The notes below the pieces were generated by a model. That model did not search any database and was not told the origin of the DNA. It saw nothing but the letters and a program-made list of their open reading frames with translations. Positions 49,099-58,991 of a DNA stretch of 64,000 nt are shown here, piece after piece; within the stretch, counting starts at the first letter, position 1, and each line of letters starts with the position of its first letter. The translations under genes were made by a program, and so were the position numbers. This DNA comes from Verrucomicrobiota bacterium (lineage in GTDB: Bacteria; Verrucomicrobiota; Verrucomicrobiia; Limisphaerales; SXQI01), in NCBI GenBank assembly GCA_033762115.1, contig JANRLX010000093.1, positions 1-64,000 of the forward strand, given 5' to 3'.

Positions 49099-49127
49099 AC
49101 AGTAATGATTGACAATTTAGGTGTCAA
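49099..49127 (-). promoter_or_regulatory. sigma70 promoter overlapped by TTGACA-N7-TGTCAA palindrome
   Basis: Minus strand TTGACA-N17-TACTGT, with an inverted repeat at 49109-49127. Confidence 0.65.
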
Positions 49128-49180
49128 CGGCGCAAACCGCCTTCTCCCCGAGTCATGGACTGAACCTAAAATAGCACAAC

Positions 49181-50383
49181 TCACGCCATCTTGTCTCCCA
49201 CGAGCGATGGGTCCCAATCTTTCCAAACCGGCTCGTAACCCAGCCCGGAAAGTAAATGTGCGATTTCAGCAGGAGTCCGCTCATCTGCAATCTGGAATTG
49301 CCCTGTGGCAGCGTCGGCAGAGCCAGGTGAATCCAGGGCGACCACTCTTCCCCGTTCCGTTTTGTGAAGATTCTCTTTACCCGCCCCGGTGTAACCTCCC
49401 GGTTCCGTATGGCTTCCCGCACTCATATGAGTGATTCCCAGAGGAATAAGCCCATTTCGCAATCGTGCTGGTTCCCTTGTGGAGAGGACAATCCCGACGT
49501 CTGGAAAGGCCAGGCGAAACGCGCAGATTAGTTGCAACAATTCCCGGTCAGTAATCCGGGTCAACGGTTCAAAATCACCTGCATGCGGCCTCAAGCGAGG
49601 AAGGGAGATTGTTAATTGCGCTTTCCAGCAATGCTTTAGCAGATAATCCAGGTGTGCAGCCAGGTGGAAAGCTTCCAGTCGCCAGTCGCTTAATCCGTAG
49701 AGTGCGCCGATGCCCAGCCTGCGAAATCCTGCGGCATAGGCGCGTTCCGGAGTTTCGAGCCGCCAGTTGAAATCCCTTTTTGGCCCGGCTGTGTGAACGC
49801 TCGCGTAAACGGATCGGTCGTAAGTCTCCTGGTAAACAACCAACCCCTCTGCCCCGGCATCCACCAGGGGTCGGTATTCTTCAGTATTCATTGGGCCGAT
49901 CTCCAATGAGATTGAAGGAAACATGGGTCGCAGCCCGGCTACACAATCCCGGAGATAATCCGCCGAAATAAATTTTGGTTGCTCGCCAGCGACGAGCAAA
50001 ATGCTTCGAAACCCTGCCGATGATAATGCCGCAGCTTCCTTTTCCACTTCTGGAACTGACAAGGTGACCCGAAAAATAGGGTTATCTCGTGAGAATCCAC
50101 AGTATTTGCAATTATTGATGCATTCATTGGAAAGATAAAGCGGGGCAAACAACCGCACCGTTTTTCCAAACCGCTGTTGCGTGATGCGTTGAGAAATTTG
50201 GCCAAGTTTCTCCAGGTTTTGCCCGGCAGCGGGTGAGATCAGGGACGGAAAATCCAGGTAGCTCCAGTTTCGGCGAGCCAGAGTGCGTTCCACTTCAGCC
50301 GGGGACACCTGGCTGGATTGAGTAAGCAGCCGCTCAATCGGGATCTTTTCATAAACTGCAACAAACGACATCCCCCTCACCAT
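49181..50383 (-). CDS. thiH: 2-iminoacetate synthase (radical SAM tyrosine lyase)
   Basis: FAPLYLSNECINNCKYCGF, YQETY, GPKRDF, SLPRLRP, LSTRE, SAGS.T.PGGY, QF.I.DER. Confidence 0.92.
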   Translation of the reverse strand: MVRGMSFVAVYEKIPIERLLTQSSQVSPAEVERTLARRNWSYLDFPSLISPAAGQNLEKLGQISQRITQQRFGKTVRLFAPLYLSNECINNCKYCGFSRDNPIFRVTLSVPEVEKEAAALSSAGFRSILLVAGEQPKFISADYLRDCVAGLRPMFPSISLEIGPMNTEEYRPLVDAGAEGLVVYQETYDRSVYASVHTAGPKRDFNWRLETPERAYAAGFRRLGIGALYGLSDWRLEAFHLAAHLDYLLKHCWKAQLTISLPRLRPHAGDFEPLTRITDRELLQLICAFRLAFPDVGIVLSTREPARLRNGLIPLGITHMSAGSHTEPGGYTGAGKENLHKTERGRVVALDSPGSADAATGQFQIADERTPAEIAHLLSGLGYEPVWKDWDPSLVGDKMA

Positions 50384-50465
50384 AGCGCATCCAGGTTAAA
50401 TGTGGAGAAGGAAGCTTCCGCGTAATGAACTTGGAATTTGCCACCACCTGCTCTAACTACAGGAG

Positions 50466-51020
50466 GTGGCCAATTTACGTCAGCAGTTCGAAACTTTTCT
50501 TCGTCGGCAACCGCGCCTGGCCCCGACAGTTTATCTATCCAGCCGGGCAGTTGTCATCGGTGATGTGCGGATCGGCCATTGCTCCAGTGTCTGGCACAAT
50601 GCGGTATTGCGTGGGGACATTAATTACATCCAGATCGGCAAATACTCGAATATCCAGGATAACGCGGTGCTTCATTTGGCAGATGACTTCCCATGTATTG
50701 TCGGTGATTGGGTCACTGTAGGTCATGGAGCAATCGTCCATGCATGTACCGTCGAGGATGAATGCCTGATTGGAATGGGGGCCACGGTTCTTGACGGATC
50801 TGTGATCGGAAAACAATCCATTGTGGGAGCCAATGCGCTGGTTACGGGAGGGACCGTCATTCCGCCCGGCTCAATGGTGCTCGGTTCCCCGGCGAAGGTG
50901 GTCCGGGCATTATCGGATGCCGAACGGCAGGGATTAAAACATTGGGCGGAGAAATATGTGGAAAATGCTGCTTTTTGCCTCGAGCATAAAATCGAGATCG
51001 GCGTTCCGCTCAAAAGTTAA
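50466..51020 (+). CDS. gamma-carbonic anhydrase family protein
   Basis: Hexapeptide repeats, VLRGD, NIQDN..LH, TVGH...HAC. Confidence 0.9.
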   Translation: MANLRQQFETFLRRQPRLAPTVYLSSRAVVIGDVRIGHCSSVWHNAVLRGDINYIQIGKYSNIQDNAVLHLADDFPCIVGDWVTVGHGAIVHACTVEDECLIGMGATVLDGSVIGKQSIVGANALVTGGTVIPPGSMVLGSPAKVVRALSDAERQGLKHWAEKYVENAAFCLEHKIEIGVPLKS

Positions 51021-51215
51021 TGAGTTTTGGAACTGCCTAATCATTTAAGTGAGCAACGCACCCCTTCTGGATTTGACTCTGCCCACATTCCGTTTTATCC
51101 AATGTGGCCAATAACAGGGAGTCACCGGCGAAGGATCTTCCGATTTCCGGCTGTTCTTTTTTGCGCAACTTTTGCGCCCCCCTGCTGTATATATAATCCA
51201 CAACCATAAACTTTT

Positions 51216-52967
51216 GTGGCGCTGAAATCGATTAAATCCATTCTTGCCGACGCGGGCCTTGCCGCTCCAACTCAATTTTCGGAGTGGAGCAAGGAATGGC
51301 GTGTCGCTGCCGAGAACGGTTCATCGGAATCGCTCCTGGCTTTTATCAGTCGTGAATCGGGCCTTGCGCAGGACACTTTCCTGGAACGCCTCGCCACAGT
51401 GCTGGGCTGGCCATTTCTTGATCTTCCCAAGGTGACGGTTACTGCCGAGGCTCAGAAAAAAATTTCAACCAAGGTCGCTTTTCAGTACCTGGTTCTCCCG
51501 ACCCATTTCGAGAATGACACCCTGCAGGTTGCTGTGAGCAATCCGTTTGATACCGCCATGCTCAATGCAGTGCAGTTTGATGCCCAATGCGCGGTTCAAT
51601 ATGCTTTGGCCCCGCGTGACGAAATCGAGAAGGCGCTTAAAAAATATTACGGGGTTGGCGCGGAAACCCTCGATGAAATGGCGGAGGAAGAACCGATTGA
51701 CCTGGACATTGCGGGTGACAAGGAAATCACTGAAGGAGACCAGGAAGCCAGTGTCATCAAGTTCGTCAACCAGGTGATCTGGGAAGCGTTCAAGGACCGC
51801 GCCACTGACATTCACTTTGAACCAGCTGAAGATGAATTGCGGATTCGGTATCGAATTGATGGGATCCTGCACCAAACTCCGATGCCTCCGCAACTCAAGC
51901 GGTTTCAGTCCGCCTTGATCTCCCGTATCAAGGTCATGTCCGGGATGAATATTTCGGAAAAGCGCCTGCCGCAGGATGGTCGTATCAACGTACGGATCAA
52001 GGGCGAGGAAATTGACATTCGTGTTTCGACTGTTCCCACTGTTTATGGGGAAAGTGTTTCACTGCGATTGCTGACCCGCGGTAAAATATTTCTCGGCCTT
52101 GAGAAGCTCGGGTTTGCTCCTGCTGAAGAGAATGCCTTGCGTGAAATCATCGTTAAACCGCACGGGATTCTGCTCGTCACCGGCCCGACAGGATCTGGAA
52201 AATCCACCTCCCTTTACGCATTTCTCAGCACCATCAATTCAGTCCATAAACGCATCATCACAATTGAAGAGCCGGTTGAGTATGAGTTGAAAGGGATTAA
52301 CCAGATTGCTGTCCGTTCGGATATTGGCCTGACCTTTGCAATGGGTCTTCGTCATATTCTGCGCCAGGATCCTAATGTCATCATGGTCGGGGAAATTCGC
52401 GATTTGGAAACTGCGGAGATCGCCATCCGCGCTGCGCTGACCGGGCACCTTGTTTTCAGCACATTACATACGAACGACGCCCCGAGCGCCTTCACCCGCT
52501 TGATTGATATGGGGATTGAACCATTCCTGGTCGCCTCCTCTGTTGAAGCTGTTTTGGCCCAGCGCCTTGTCCGCACCATTTGTGTCCATTGCAAGGTGGA
52601 GCAGAAAGTTGAAAAGGATTATCTCCGCAGGATTGGCTTTCCACCGGATGAGATCGACACTGCGAAATTCTGGCGCGGGGCCGGTTGCGAGCAATGCCGG
52701 CAACTCGGTTACCAGGGCCGTATGGGCATCTACGAATTATTATTGCTCAATGAAGCCATTCGGCCACTTATCCTCAATCGAGCGCCTGCGTCTACCATTG
52801 CCCAAAAAGCCATGGAACAGGGAATGCGCACCTTGCGCACGGATGGTTGGAACAAAGTCCGCGCTGGTTTGACAACCATCGAAGAAGTCCTTCGTGTGAC
52901 CCAAACGGAAGAGCACATGGGCGCGCTGGTTGGAGATTCTAAATCCGAGATGTGGGTGCAAGCGTGA
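51216..52967 (+). CDS. GspE/PilB family secretion/pilus ATPase
   Basis: DIHFEP, RLPQDG, GPTGSGKST, LRQDPN..MVGEIRD, TGHLVFSTLHTN, tetracysteine motif. Confidence 0.93.
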   Translation: MALKSIKSILADAGLAAPTQFSEWSKEWRVAAENGSSESLLAFISRESGLAQDTFLERLATVLGWPFLDLPKVTVTAEAQKKISTKVAFQYLVLPTHFENDTLQVAVSNPFDTAMLNAVQFDAQCAVQYALAPRDEIEKALKKYYGVGAETLDEMAEEEPIDLDIAGDKEITEGDQEASVIKFVNQVIWEAFKDRATDIHFEPAEDELRIRYRIDGILHQTPMPPQLKRFQSALISRIKVMSGMNISEKRLPQDGRINVRIKGEEIDIRVSTVPTVYGESVSLRLLTRGKIFLGLEKLGFAPAEENALREIIVKPHGILLVTGPTGSGKSTSLYAFLSTINSVHKRIITIEEPVEYELKGINQIAVRSDIGLTFAMGLRHILRQDPNVIMVGEIRDLETAEIAIRAALTGHLVFSTLHTNDAPSAFTRLIDMGIEPFLVASSVEAVLAQRLVRTICVHCKVEQKVEKDYLRRIGFPPDEIDTAKFWRGAGCEQCRQLGYQGRMGIYELLLLNEAIRPLILNRAPASTIAQKAMEQGMRTLRTDGWNKVRAGLTTIEEVLRVTQTEEHMGALVGDSKSEMWVQA

Positions 52968-54340
52968 AGCAAAAACGTGTTCATAGCTGCAATGTCTTCG
53001 AAAGCAGCCCTCATTCCCGCAATCTCTGGCAGTTCAGTGGTGTGGAGGGCCGGGTCCGCCTGGTTAATGGCTCTGCCGGACCCTCAGAAAAGGGCATTCC
53101 AAAAAACCTGGTCACCAAGGATTGGCATAATTTGATTCAACCACGGTTGAATCTCGCATGGCTCCCTGCTGAACAGGTCTTTCTGCGAGTGCTTCAACTG
53201 CCGAAAGCCGATCCCGCGGAGATCGCCTCCATGCTGGAATTTCAATTGGAAAAACTCTCTCCAATTCCAGTGGGCCAGATTGTCTGGAGTTTTGAACTGC
53301 TGCCCGGAGGTGATACCAACACACAAACGGTCCTTGCGATCATTGCTCCTCGATCCCTGGTCGAACAATTTGTAGGTGCGCTCGAAGGGGAGGGATTCAA
53401 GCCGGACCGCCTCGAACTACCGTTGCTTTACCAGATCGTAGCCGCCCCTCCGCAGAGTGACGGTATCTGGATTTATCCGGAACCGATGGACCAAGGTAAT
53501 CTTTGCCTTGTCGCATGGTGGTTCAATGGAATGTTGCAGAATCTACAGCTGGTTCACCTCCCATCGGTCGGTGACAAGGTGGCTGTGCTGCGCGAGCAAT
53601 TGGATAAGACGGCCTGGGCGGGAGAAATGGAAGGCTGGCTTGAGTTCCCGGTTCGAATTCATCTGGTCGCCTCACCTGCGGTGGCTGCCATCTGGACTGA
53701 GATGCTCAAGGAGTGGGCACAGGGTGAAATTCTTTCCTATACCCCGCTGACCAAAGATCAGGCTGCGGAATTCGCGGCACGTCGAGTGGTTGAACATGCG
53801 CCAGCGGCCAATCTTCTCCCTTCTGAGTATGGAGTCCGTTACCAGCAGGAGTTCATCGATCGTCTCTGGATGCGCGGCTTGTTTGCCATGGTTGGCCTTT
53901 ACCTGATCGGAGTCGCTGTTTATATCGCGGTGCTTTACGGGTATAAATTCAAAGCCTCCCGTATCCAGACGCAGATCACTCAGATCAGCGGTAGTTATAC
54001 AAATGCACTTCGTTTGCGCGAACGTGTGGAGGTTCTGCAGGAGCAGCTCAATTTGAAGTATGCAGCCCTGGATTCCTGGAAGGTTGCTTCAGAACTGCTT
54101 CCTGCCGAGTTGACTTTGAACTGGATGGTATTTGGCCGTGGTAAATCCCTGGAGCTGCATGGTTCAGCCCCGCAGGAGCACGCCGATAAAATCACCGATT
54201 ACAACGAAGCACTCAGAAACGTCAAAGTTGAGGACCAGCCTCTCTTCAGCCTGGTCTCTCCTCCCACTTCGAATTCACGCGGCGGCGGCAACTTGAACTG
54301 GAGCTTTACCTGTTCCTTAAACCGACAGGAATTGCAATGA
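52964..54340 (+). CDS. GspL / PilM-PilN-like assembly protein
   Basis: GTGA overlap with the ATPase. Cytoplasmic domain, NLLP motif, TM and periplasmic domain; operon position. Confidence 0.7.
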   Translation: MKQKRVHSCNVFESSPHSRNLWQFSGVEGRVRLVNGSAGPSEKGIPKNLVTKDWHNLIQPRLNLAWLPAEQVFLRVLQLPKADPAEIASMLEFQLEKLSPIPVGQIVWSFELLPGGDTNTQTVLAIIAPRSLVEQFVGALEGEGFKPDRLELPLLYQIVAAPPQSDGIWIYPEPMDQGNLCLVAWWFNGMLQNLQLVHLPSVGDKVAVLREQLDKTAWAGEMEGWLEFPVRIHLVASPAVAAIWTEMLKEWAQGEILSYTPLTKDQAAEFAARRVVEHAPAANLLPSEYGVRYQQEFIDRLWMRGLFAMVGLYLIGVAVYIAVLYGYKFKASRIQTQITQISGSYTNALRLRERVEVLQEQLNLKYAALDSWKVASELLPAELTLNWMVFGRGKSLELHGSAPQEHADKITDYNEALRNVKVEDQPLFSLVSPPTSNSRGGGNLNWSFTCSLNRQELQ

Positions 54341-54927
54341 CCGGCTTCCTCGACAAATTGAATCTGCGACCACAGGAGAAACGCCTGGTGGTCATTGTTG
54401 GTTTTGGCATTTTTGTTCTCCTGAACTGGTGGTTCGTTCGACCTTTTTTTGGGCAATGGAGCGTGGTCCAAAACACTATCTCCCGGGCTGAATCCACCTT
54501 GGATCGCTATCAAAAGGAACTCGCAAATGTTCCCAAGTACGAAAAACAGGAAAAAACTCTTCAAACCAGCGGCTCAGACGTGCTGGATCAGGAACTTGCT
54601 CTGCAACGGATCGTGCAAACACAAGCCGCGACCACAGGGGTCATGATCAACCGTTACGATCCGCGCCCCCGCTCCTTTGGTTCCAGGACCAATCAATTCT
54701 TTGAAGATCAGGTGCTCTCCATTGATTTTACCACAGGAGGCAAGGAACTTGTGGATTTTCTCGTCAATCTGGCCACTGGGAATTCGATGATTCGGGTACG
54801 CGAAATGAGCCTGAAGCCTGATCCCAGCCAAACCCGCCTGATTGGCAGCATAACTTTTATCGCCAGTTATCAAAAGAAACCTTCCGCCGCGCGTCCTGCG
54901 ACCCCGGTGGCAAGCAACCGACGCTGA
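54337..54927 (+). CDS. GspM/PilO-like protein
   Basis: L.P.EKRL + TM + coiled coil + LVDFL..L; operon position. Confidence 0.7.
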   Translation: MTGFLDKLNLRPQEKRLVVIVGFGIFVLLNWWFVRPFFGQWSVVQNTISRAESTLDRYQKELANVPKYEKQEKTLQTSGSDVLDQELALQRIVQTQAATTGVMINRYDPRPRSFGSRTNQFFEDQVLSIDFTTGGKELVDFLVNLATGNSMIRVREMSLKPDPSQTRLIGSITFIASYQKKPSAARPATPVASNRR

Positions 54928-54929
54928 TT

Positions 54930-57452
54930 ATGAAGCTCAAACCCATCCTTTTTGTTTTCTCTCTATTGCTGGCGACCATCCATGCCCAGACCAATGCTCC
55001 CGGCACCGTCGCACCAGTCCAGGTGCCTCCCGGCAATACGGTGGCTGCTCCTCCCGCATTGACTCCCGGTGCGGATGCAAACCGTCGTGTGATCCCTCGC
55101 CGAGGGACTCGATTGCCCGTTCCCGCAACTTCTTCTCAAAGCCTTCCAGCTCCCACCCTTCCGGTACCGGAAGCTGGGGCCAATGTGGATGCTGCGCCAG
55201 CAACAGATACCACTCTGCCAGCGCCCACTCTTCCAGTCCCTTCAACCGGGGCAAATACCGATCTGGCTGCTCCGGATGCCGCAGATCCAACTGCTGATGG
55301 CACCGATCCTGCCGTTGCTCCACAACAGCAGGTCACTGAACCGGTTGAAGCTCCAGCCGTTGTGGCTCCCCCGGTCGTGGTCGAAACTCCTGTGTTGCCC
55401 GTTCCCGCTCCTGTGACGCCTACCAACGCCGCTCCTTTCCGCAGCCGCATCACCCCTTCTTTTCCACGACTGCCCACTCCCGGGGGAACCAACCGGGTCA
55501 CCCTTCCATTTCCCCCGGGTAATCCAGCCGCTCCCAACCAAAATGCGTTCAGCCAAATTTCGACCAATGCAGCCGGTGAAGCCTCGCGCCTCGAAATCGA
55601 CCAAAATGATATGGTCCGTGAACGACAGCTGCAGATTTTGAACATGCCGCTGGATCAGTTTCTGAATGATTTTTATGCCCCATTGGCTCGGCGCAGTATT
55701 ATTCGCGCCACCCAGATTGCCGGCGCTTCCCCGAACGTCACCTTCATCAATCAGACAGATTTAACCCGTGAGGAAGCAGTGGCTGCTTTGGAAGGGGTGC
55801 TTGCAGCAAATAATGTCGCCCTGCTGAAAATCGGCGATAAGTTTGTCAAGGCAGTCGGCACCGCCCAGGCTGAAAAGGAAGGCGCCCCTCTCACTGAAAA
55901 GCCTTCTGGCGACATCGCTCTGAATGAAGAATTCGTCACCAAAATCGTTCAACTTTCCGTCGCCAAGCCCAGCGAGATTCAACCAACCCTCGCCACTTTC
56001 AGTAAAAGTCCCGGCGCGGTCACGGCGATCGATAGTAATAATACACTGATTCTTCGGGATTACGCCTCCAACGTAAAGCGGATGATGGATATCATCCAGC
56101 GAGTTGATGTGCAGCCACAGACAGATATGCGATTGGAAGTGATTCCGATCAAGTATGGAAAGGTCGAGGACATCTATGCCACGATGAGTGCCTTGATTTC
56201 GGATACTGGCGCGGCGGGCGGGGTTGGTGGCATCCGCAATCCTACTTTTCCTGCGACCGGAAATAACGCGTTCCGCTCAGGCGTCGGCAATAATAATTTT
56301 AATCGAGGTGGATTCAACCAGCAGAATCGCAATACCGGTTTTGGAGGAGGAAATTATTATCCGCAACAGGCCGCAGCCCCGGTCACTGCCAACCAGAATT
56401 CATTTCAAAGTCGTCTGAACAATGTGATCAATCGTGCGGCAGGTGTCCCCCCCGAAGCCAAGGTTTTGGAAAATGCAAAAATTGTTCCCGACACCCGCTC
56501 GAATACCTTGCTCATTTTTGCCAACAATCGTGATATGTCCATGATCACAAACCTCGTGCAAAAGGTTGATGTGCTGCTAGCCCAGGTCTTGCTGGAGGCG
56601 GTGATTCTCGAAGTGAAACTGGGGGATAAATATCGTCTTGGGGTTAGTGCTGTCCAGAATCCAAAGAAATTCGGCCAGGATTTCACGGGCGCAGGCGTTA
56701 TCAACAACGGGCAGCCATTCCTGAATAATTTGACCAACTTCCCCGGCGCCGCTCCAGATGGGTTCACCTATTTTGGAAAAATCAATGATACCTTCGATGT
56801 CACCGTCAATGCCCTGGCTGAAGATAGTAATATCAATATCGTTTCACGCCCCCGAATTCAAACGTCCCATGCCATTCCTGGCTTCTTCTTCATTGGTGAA
56901 ACGGTTCCGTACATCACCGGCTTTACAGATTACGGCGGATTAACCGGCAGCGGCCTTTCAACTCGTTCCTCCATTACTGAAAGAACAATCGGGCTCAACC
57001 TGGCGGTCACCCCCTTTATCACTCCGGATGGGCTGGTTGTGATGGAAATTTCTCAACAATTTGATCAACGGGGACAGGACGTTATCATTGAAAACAATCC
57101 TGTTCCCCTCGTGAACAGCCGCCAGGCGGAGGCGACCCTGACCGTCCGTGATGGGGACATGATCATGCTGGGCGGATTTATCAGTGAGAATAAAAGCAAA
57201 AACAAATCCGGTGTTCCCTTCCTGAAAGATATTCCAGGCATCGGGGCTCTTTTCCGTTCGAAGAATACTTCCAATGATCGGACTGAACTGATCATTCTGA
57301 TGAAAGCCACTGTCCTGCAAACGCCTGAAGATGCAGCCCTGATTGCAAGGTCAGAACGTGCCCAACTGCCGGGCGTTGCCGCAGCGGAACAGGAATTTGA
57401 CCGCAGCCAGGAAAAGTATAAAAAGCAGCTGAAGTCAGGAAACAGGAAATAA
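54930..57452 (+). CDS. gspD: type II secretion secretin (GspD-like)
   Basis: N-domains, QVLLEAVILEV, L.VTP.I, GGFI, GVPFLKDIPGIGALF, TELII. Long Pro-rich N-terminus. Confidence 0.88.
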   Translation: MKLKPILFVFSLLLATIHAQTNAPGTVAPVQVPPGNTVAAPPALTPGADANRRVIPRRGTRLPVPATSSQSLPAPTLPVPEAGANVDAAPATDTTLPAPTLPVPSTGANTDLAAPDAADPTADGTDPAVAPQQQVTEPVEAPAVVAPPVVVETPVLPVPAPVTPTNAAPFRSRITPSFPRLPTPGGTNRVTLPFPPGNPAAPNQNAFSQISTNAAGEASRLEIDQNDMVRERQLQILNMPLDQFLNDFYAPLARRSIIRATQIAGASPNVTFINQTDLTREEAVAALEGVLAANNVALLKIGDKFVKAVGTAQAEKEGAPLTEKPSGDIALNEEFVTKIVQLSVAKPSEIQPTLATFSKSPGAVTAIDSNNTLILRDYASNVKRMMDIIQRVDVQPQTDMRLEVIPIKYGKVEDIYATMSALISDTGAAGGVGGIRNPTFPATGNNAFRSGVGNNNFNRGGFNQQNRNTGFGGGNYYPQQAAAPVTANQNSFQSRLNNVINRAAGVPPEAKVLENAKIVPDTRSNTLLIFANNRDMSMITNLVQKVDVLLAQVLLEAVILEVKLGDKYRLGVSAVQNPKKFGQDFTGAGVINNGQPFLNNLTNFPGAAPDGFTYFGKINDTFDVTVNALAEDSNINIVSRPRIQTSHAIPGFFFIGETVPYITGFTDYGGLTGSGLSTRSSITERTIGLNLAVTPFITPDGLVVMEISQQFDQRGQDVIIENNPVPLVNSRQAEATLTVRDGDMIMLGGFISENKSKNKSGVPFLKDIPGIGALFRSKNTSNDRTELIILMKATVLQTPEDAALIARSERAQLPGVAAAEQEFDRSQEKYKKQLKSGNRK

Positions 57453-57504
57453 TCACCTGGGCTGGAGAGTTGTTGAACAACCTGAAATGTGGAAGGATAA
57501 ATCC

Positions 57505-58101
57505 ATGAACCTGAAAATGAGAAATGTTTCCATCCTGGTTATTGTTGCCACATGCCTTATTGTGGCCTTCGCCAAAGAGACAAATCAGGTCAGCAAATCA
57601 TCACAGACCCCCGCTATGAACACAGCAAAGTCCGTCCCGGTCAGGCTCCTTGGTGCTGACGGCAAGGCCACTGAAGTCCAGTTAGTGGACAAAGTCGTGA
57701 AAAGCGATTCCGAATGGCGGAAGCAATTGACTGCCGAGCAGTACCAGATTGCCCGCGGAAAAGGAACGGAGCGCGCTTTTTGCGGGGCTTTTTATGACCA
57801 CAAAAAACCGGGCATTTACACCTGCATTTGTTGTGAATTGCCCCTTTTTGAATCCACCGCCAAATTCGATTCAGGGACCGGTTGGCCCAGTTTCTTCAAA
57901 CCTTTTGCCAGCGAGAATGTCACCACTCTCCCAGATAACAGCCATGGAATGAGGCGTGTTGAAATTCTTTGCGCACGTTGCGACGCACATCTCGGTCATG
58001 TTTTTGAAGATGGCCCAAAGCCCACCGGGTTGCGCTACTGCCTCAATTCCGCTTCGCTCGAATTCAGGCCTTCGGAAAAGACTGAAGCCGCCAGCAAATA
58101 A
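57505..58101 (+). CDS. msrB: peptide-methionine (R)-S-oxide reductase with signal peptide
   Basis: GTERAF, CICC, KFDSGTGWPSF, CARC.AHLGHVF.DGP, RYCLNS. Confidence 0.95.
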   Translation: MNLKMRNVSILVIVATCLIVAFAKETNQVSKSSQTPAMNTAKSVPVRLLGADGKATEVQLVDKVVKSDSEWRKQLTAEQYQIARGKGTERAFCGAFYDHKKPGIYTCICCELPLFESTAKFDSGTGWPSFFKPFASENVTTLPDNSHGMRRVEILCARCDAHLGHVFEDGPKPTGLRYCLNSASLEFRPSEKTEAASK

Positions 58102-58137
58102 ACCGGCTCAGGATTCGAGAGATCAGGCCGGAAGAAA

Positions 58138-58223
<86 letters not shown>

Positions 58224-58431
58224 CACCGAGAAACCGTTTCAAGCCCTCGGCCCGAATTGGAGCATGGACAATTAAGCCAATCGCCCTGCCTTGTCAACGG
58301 ATGCTTTCCGCATTTGGGCTGCTTGATTCAGGGCAAGGCGACCATGCTCAAGGAGCATCGATTGGTTGTTCCATCCACGATTCTTCAAGAGAAAATTCCT
58401 GTTTGCTTCCCAGGTGGCTTTTACGAAAGAT

Positions 58432-58447
58432 TGGCACTGCTCTTGAA
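58432..58447 (+). promoter_or_regulatory. sigma54-like element upstream of DUF2721 gene
   Basis: TGGCACT-GCTC-TTGAA (GA instead of GC at -12). Confidence 0.35.
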
Positions 58448-58464
58448 ATGGTTGTTGTTCCGTT

Positions 58465-58917
58465 ATGGCGGAGGAATCCCAGGTAGCGGCCATCGCTCAT
58501 GTCATCCAGTTGTCTGTAGCGCCGGTCTTTTTGCTGGCCGCAGTCAGCGGATTGCTGTCTGTGTTGACGAATCGGCTGGGGAGGATAATCGACCGTTCCC
58601 GTGTCATTGAGGAGAAATTGTCGTTGGGGGCAATAAAGGAGGGAGAGAACCAAACAGAGCGACTGGAAATCTTTTCCCGTCGTGCTCGACTGGTCAATTA
58701 TTCCATCGGCCTTTGTACCGCGTGTGCCTCGATGGTTTGTCTTGTGATCATTTCTCTTTTTGCAGGTGTGTTCTTCGAAGTGAATTATTCAAAAATGATC
58801 GGACTTCTCTTTATCGCAGCCATGTCTTCCCTGTTTGCGGCCTTGATTTTCTTTCTACGCGAAATCCTCCTGGCCACGCAGACATTGCGCATTGGAATGT
58901 TGCGGAAGAGAGTTTAA
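58465..58917 (+). CDS. DUF2721 membrane protein
   Basis: IQLSVAPVFLL, TNRLGRIIDR.R, RRARL, FLREI.LA. Confidence 0.85.
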   Translation: MAEESQVAAIAHVIQLSVAPVFLLAAVSGLLSVLTNRLGRIIDRSRVIEEKLSLGAIKEGENQTERLEIFSRRARLVNYSIGLCTACASMVCLVIISLFAGVFFEVNYSKMIGLLFIAAMSSLFAALIFFLREILLATQTLRIGMLRKRV

Positions 58918-58991
58918 GGGAACCTCGCGATTAGGTTATATTTCCAGCATTAACCTGTTGGCTTACGGCTGAAGCATGGCATCATATCAAA

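Noticed and set aside
50384..50465. TPP riboswitch upstream of thiH
   Set aside because: Short gap shared with a divergent gene; no CTGAGA or other TPP aptamer core seen.
58257..58610. ORFs between the tRNA and DUF2721 gene
   Set aside because: They overlap the tRNA promoter region (TTGACA on minus strand at 58292-58297) and a real gene, with no protein-like features.
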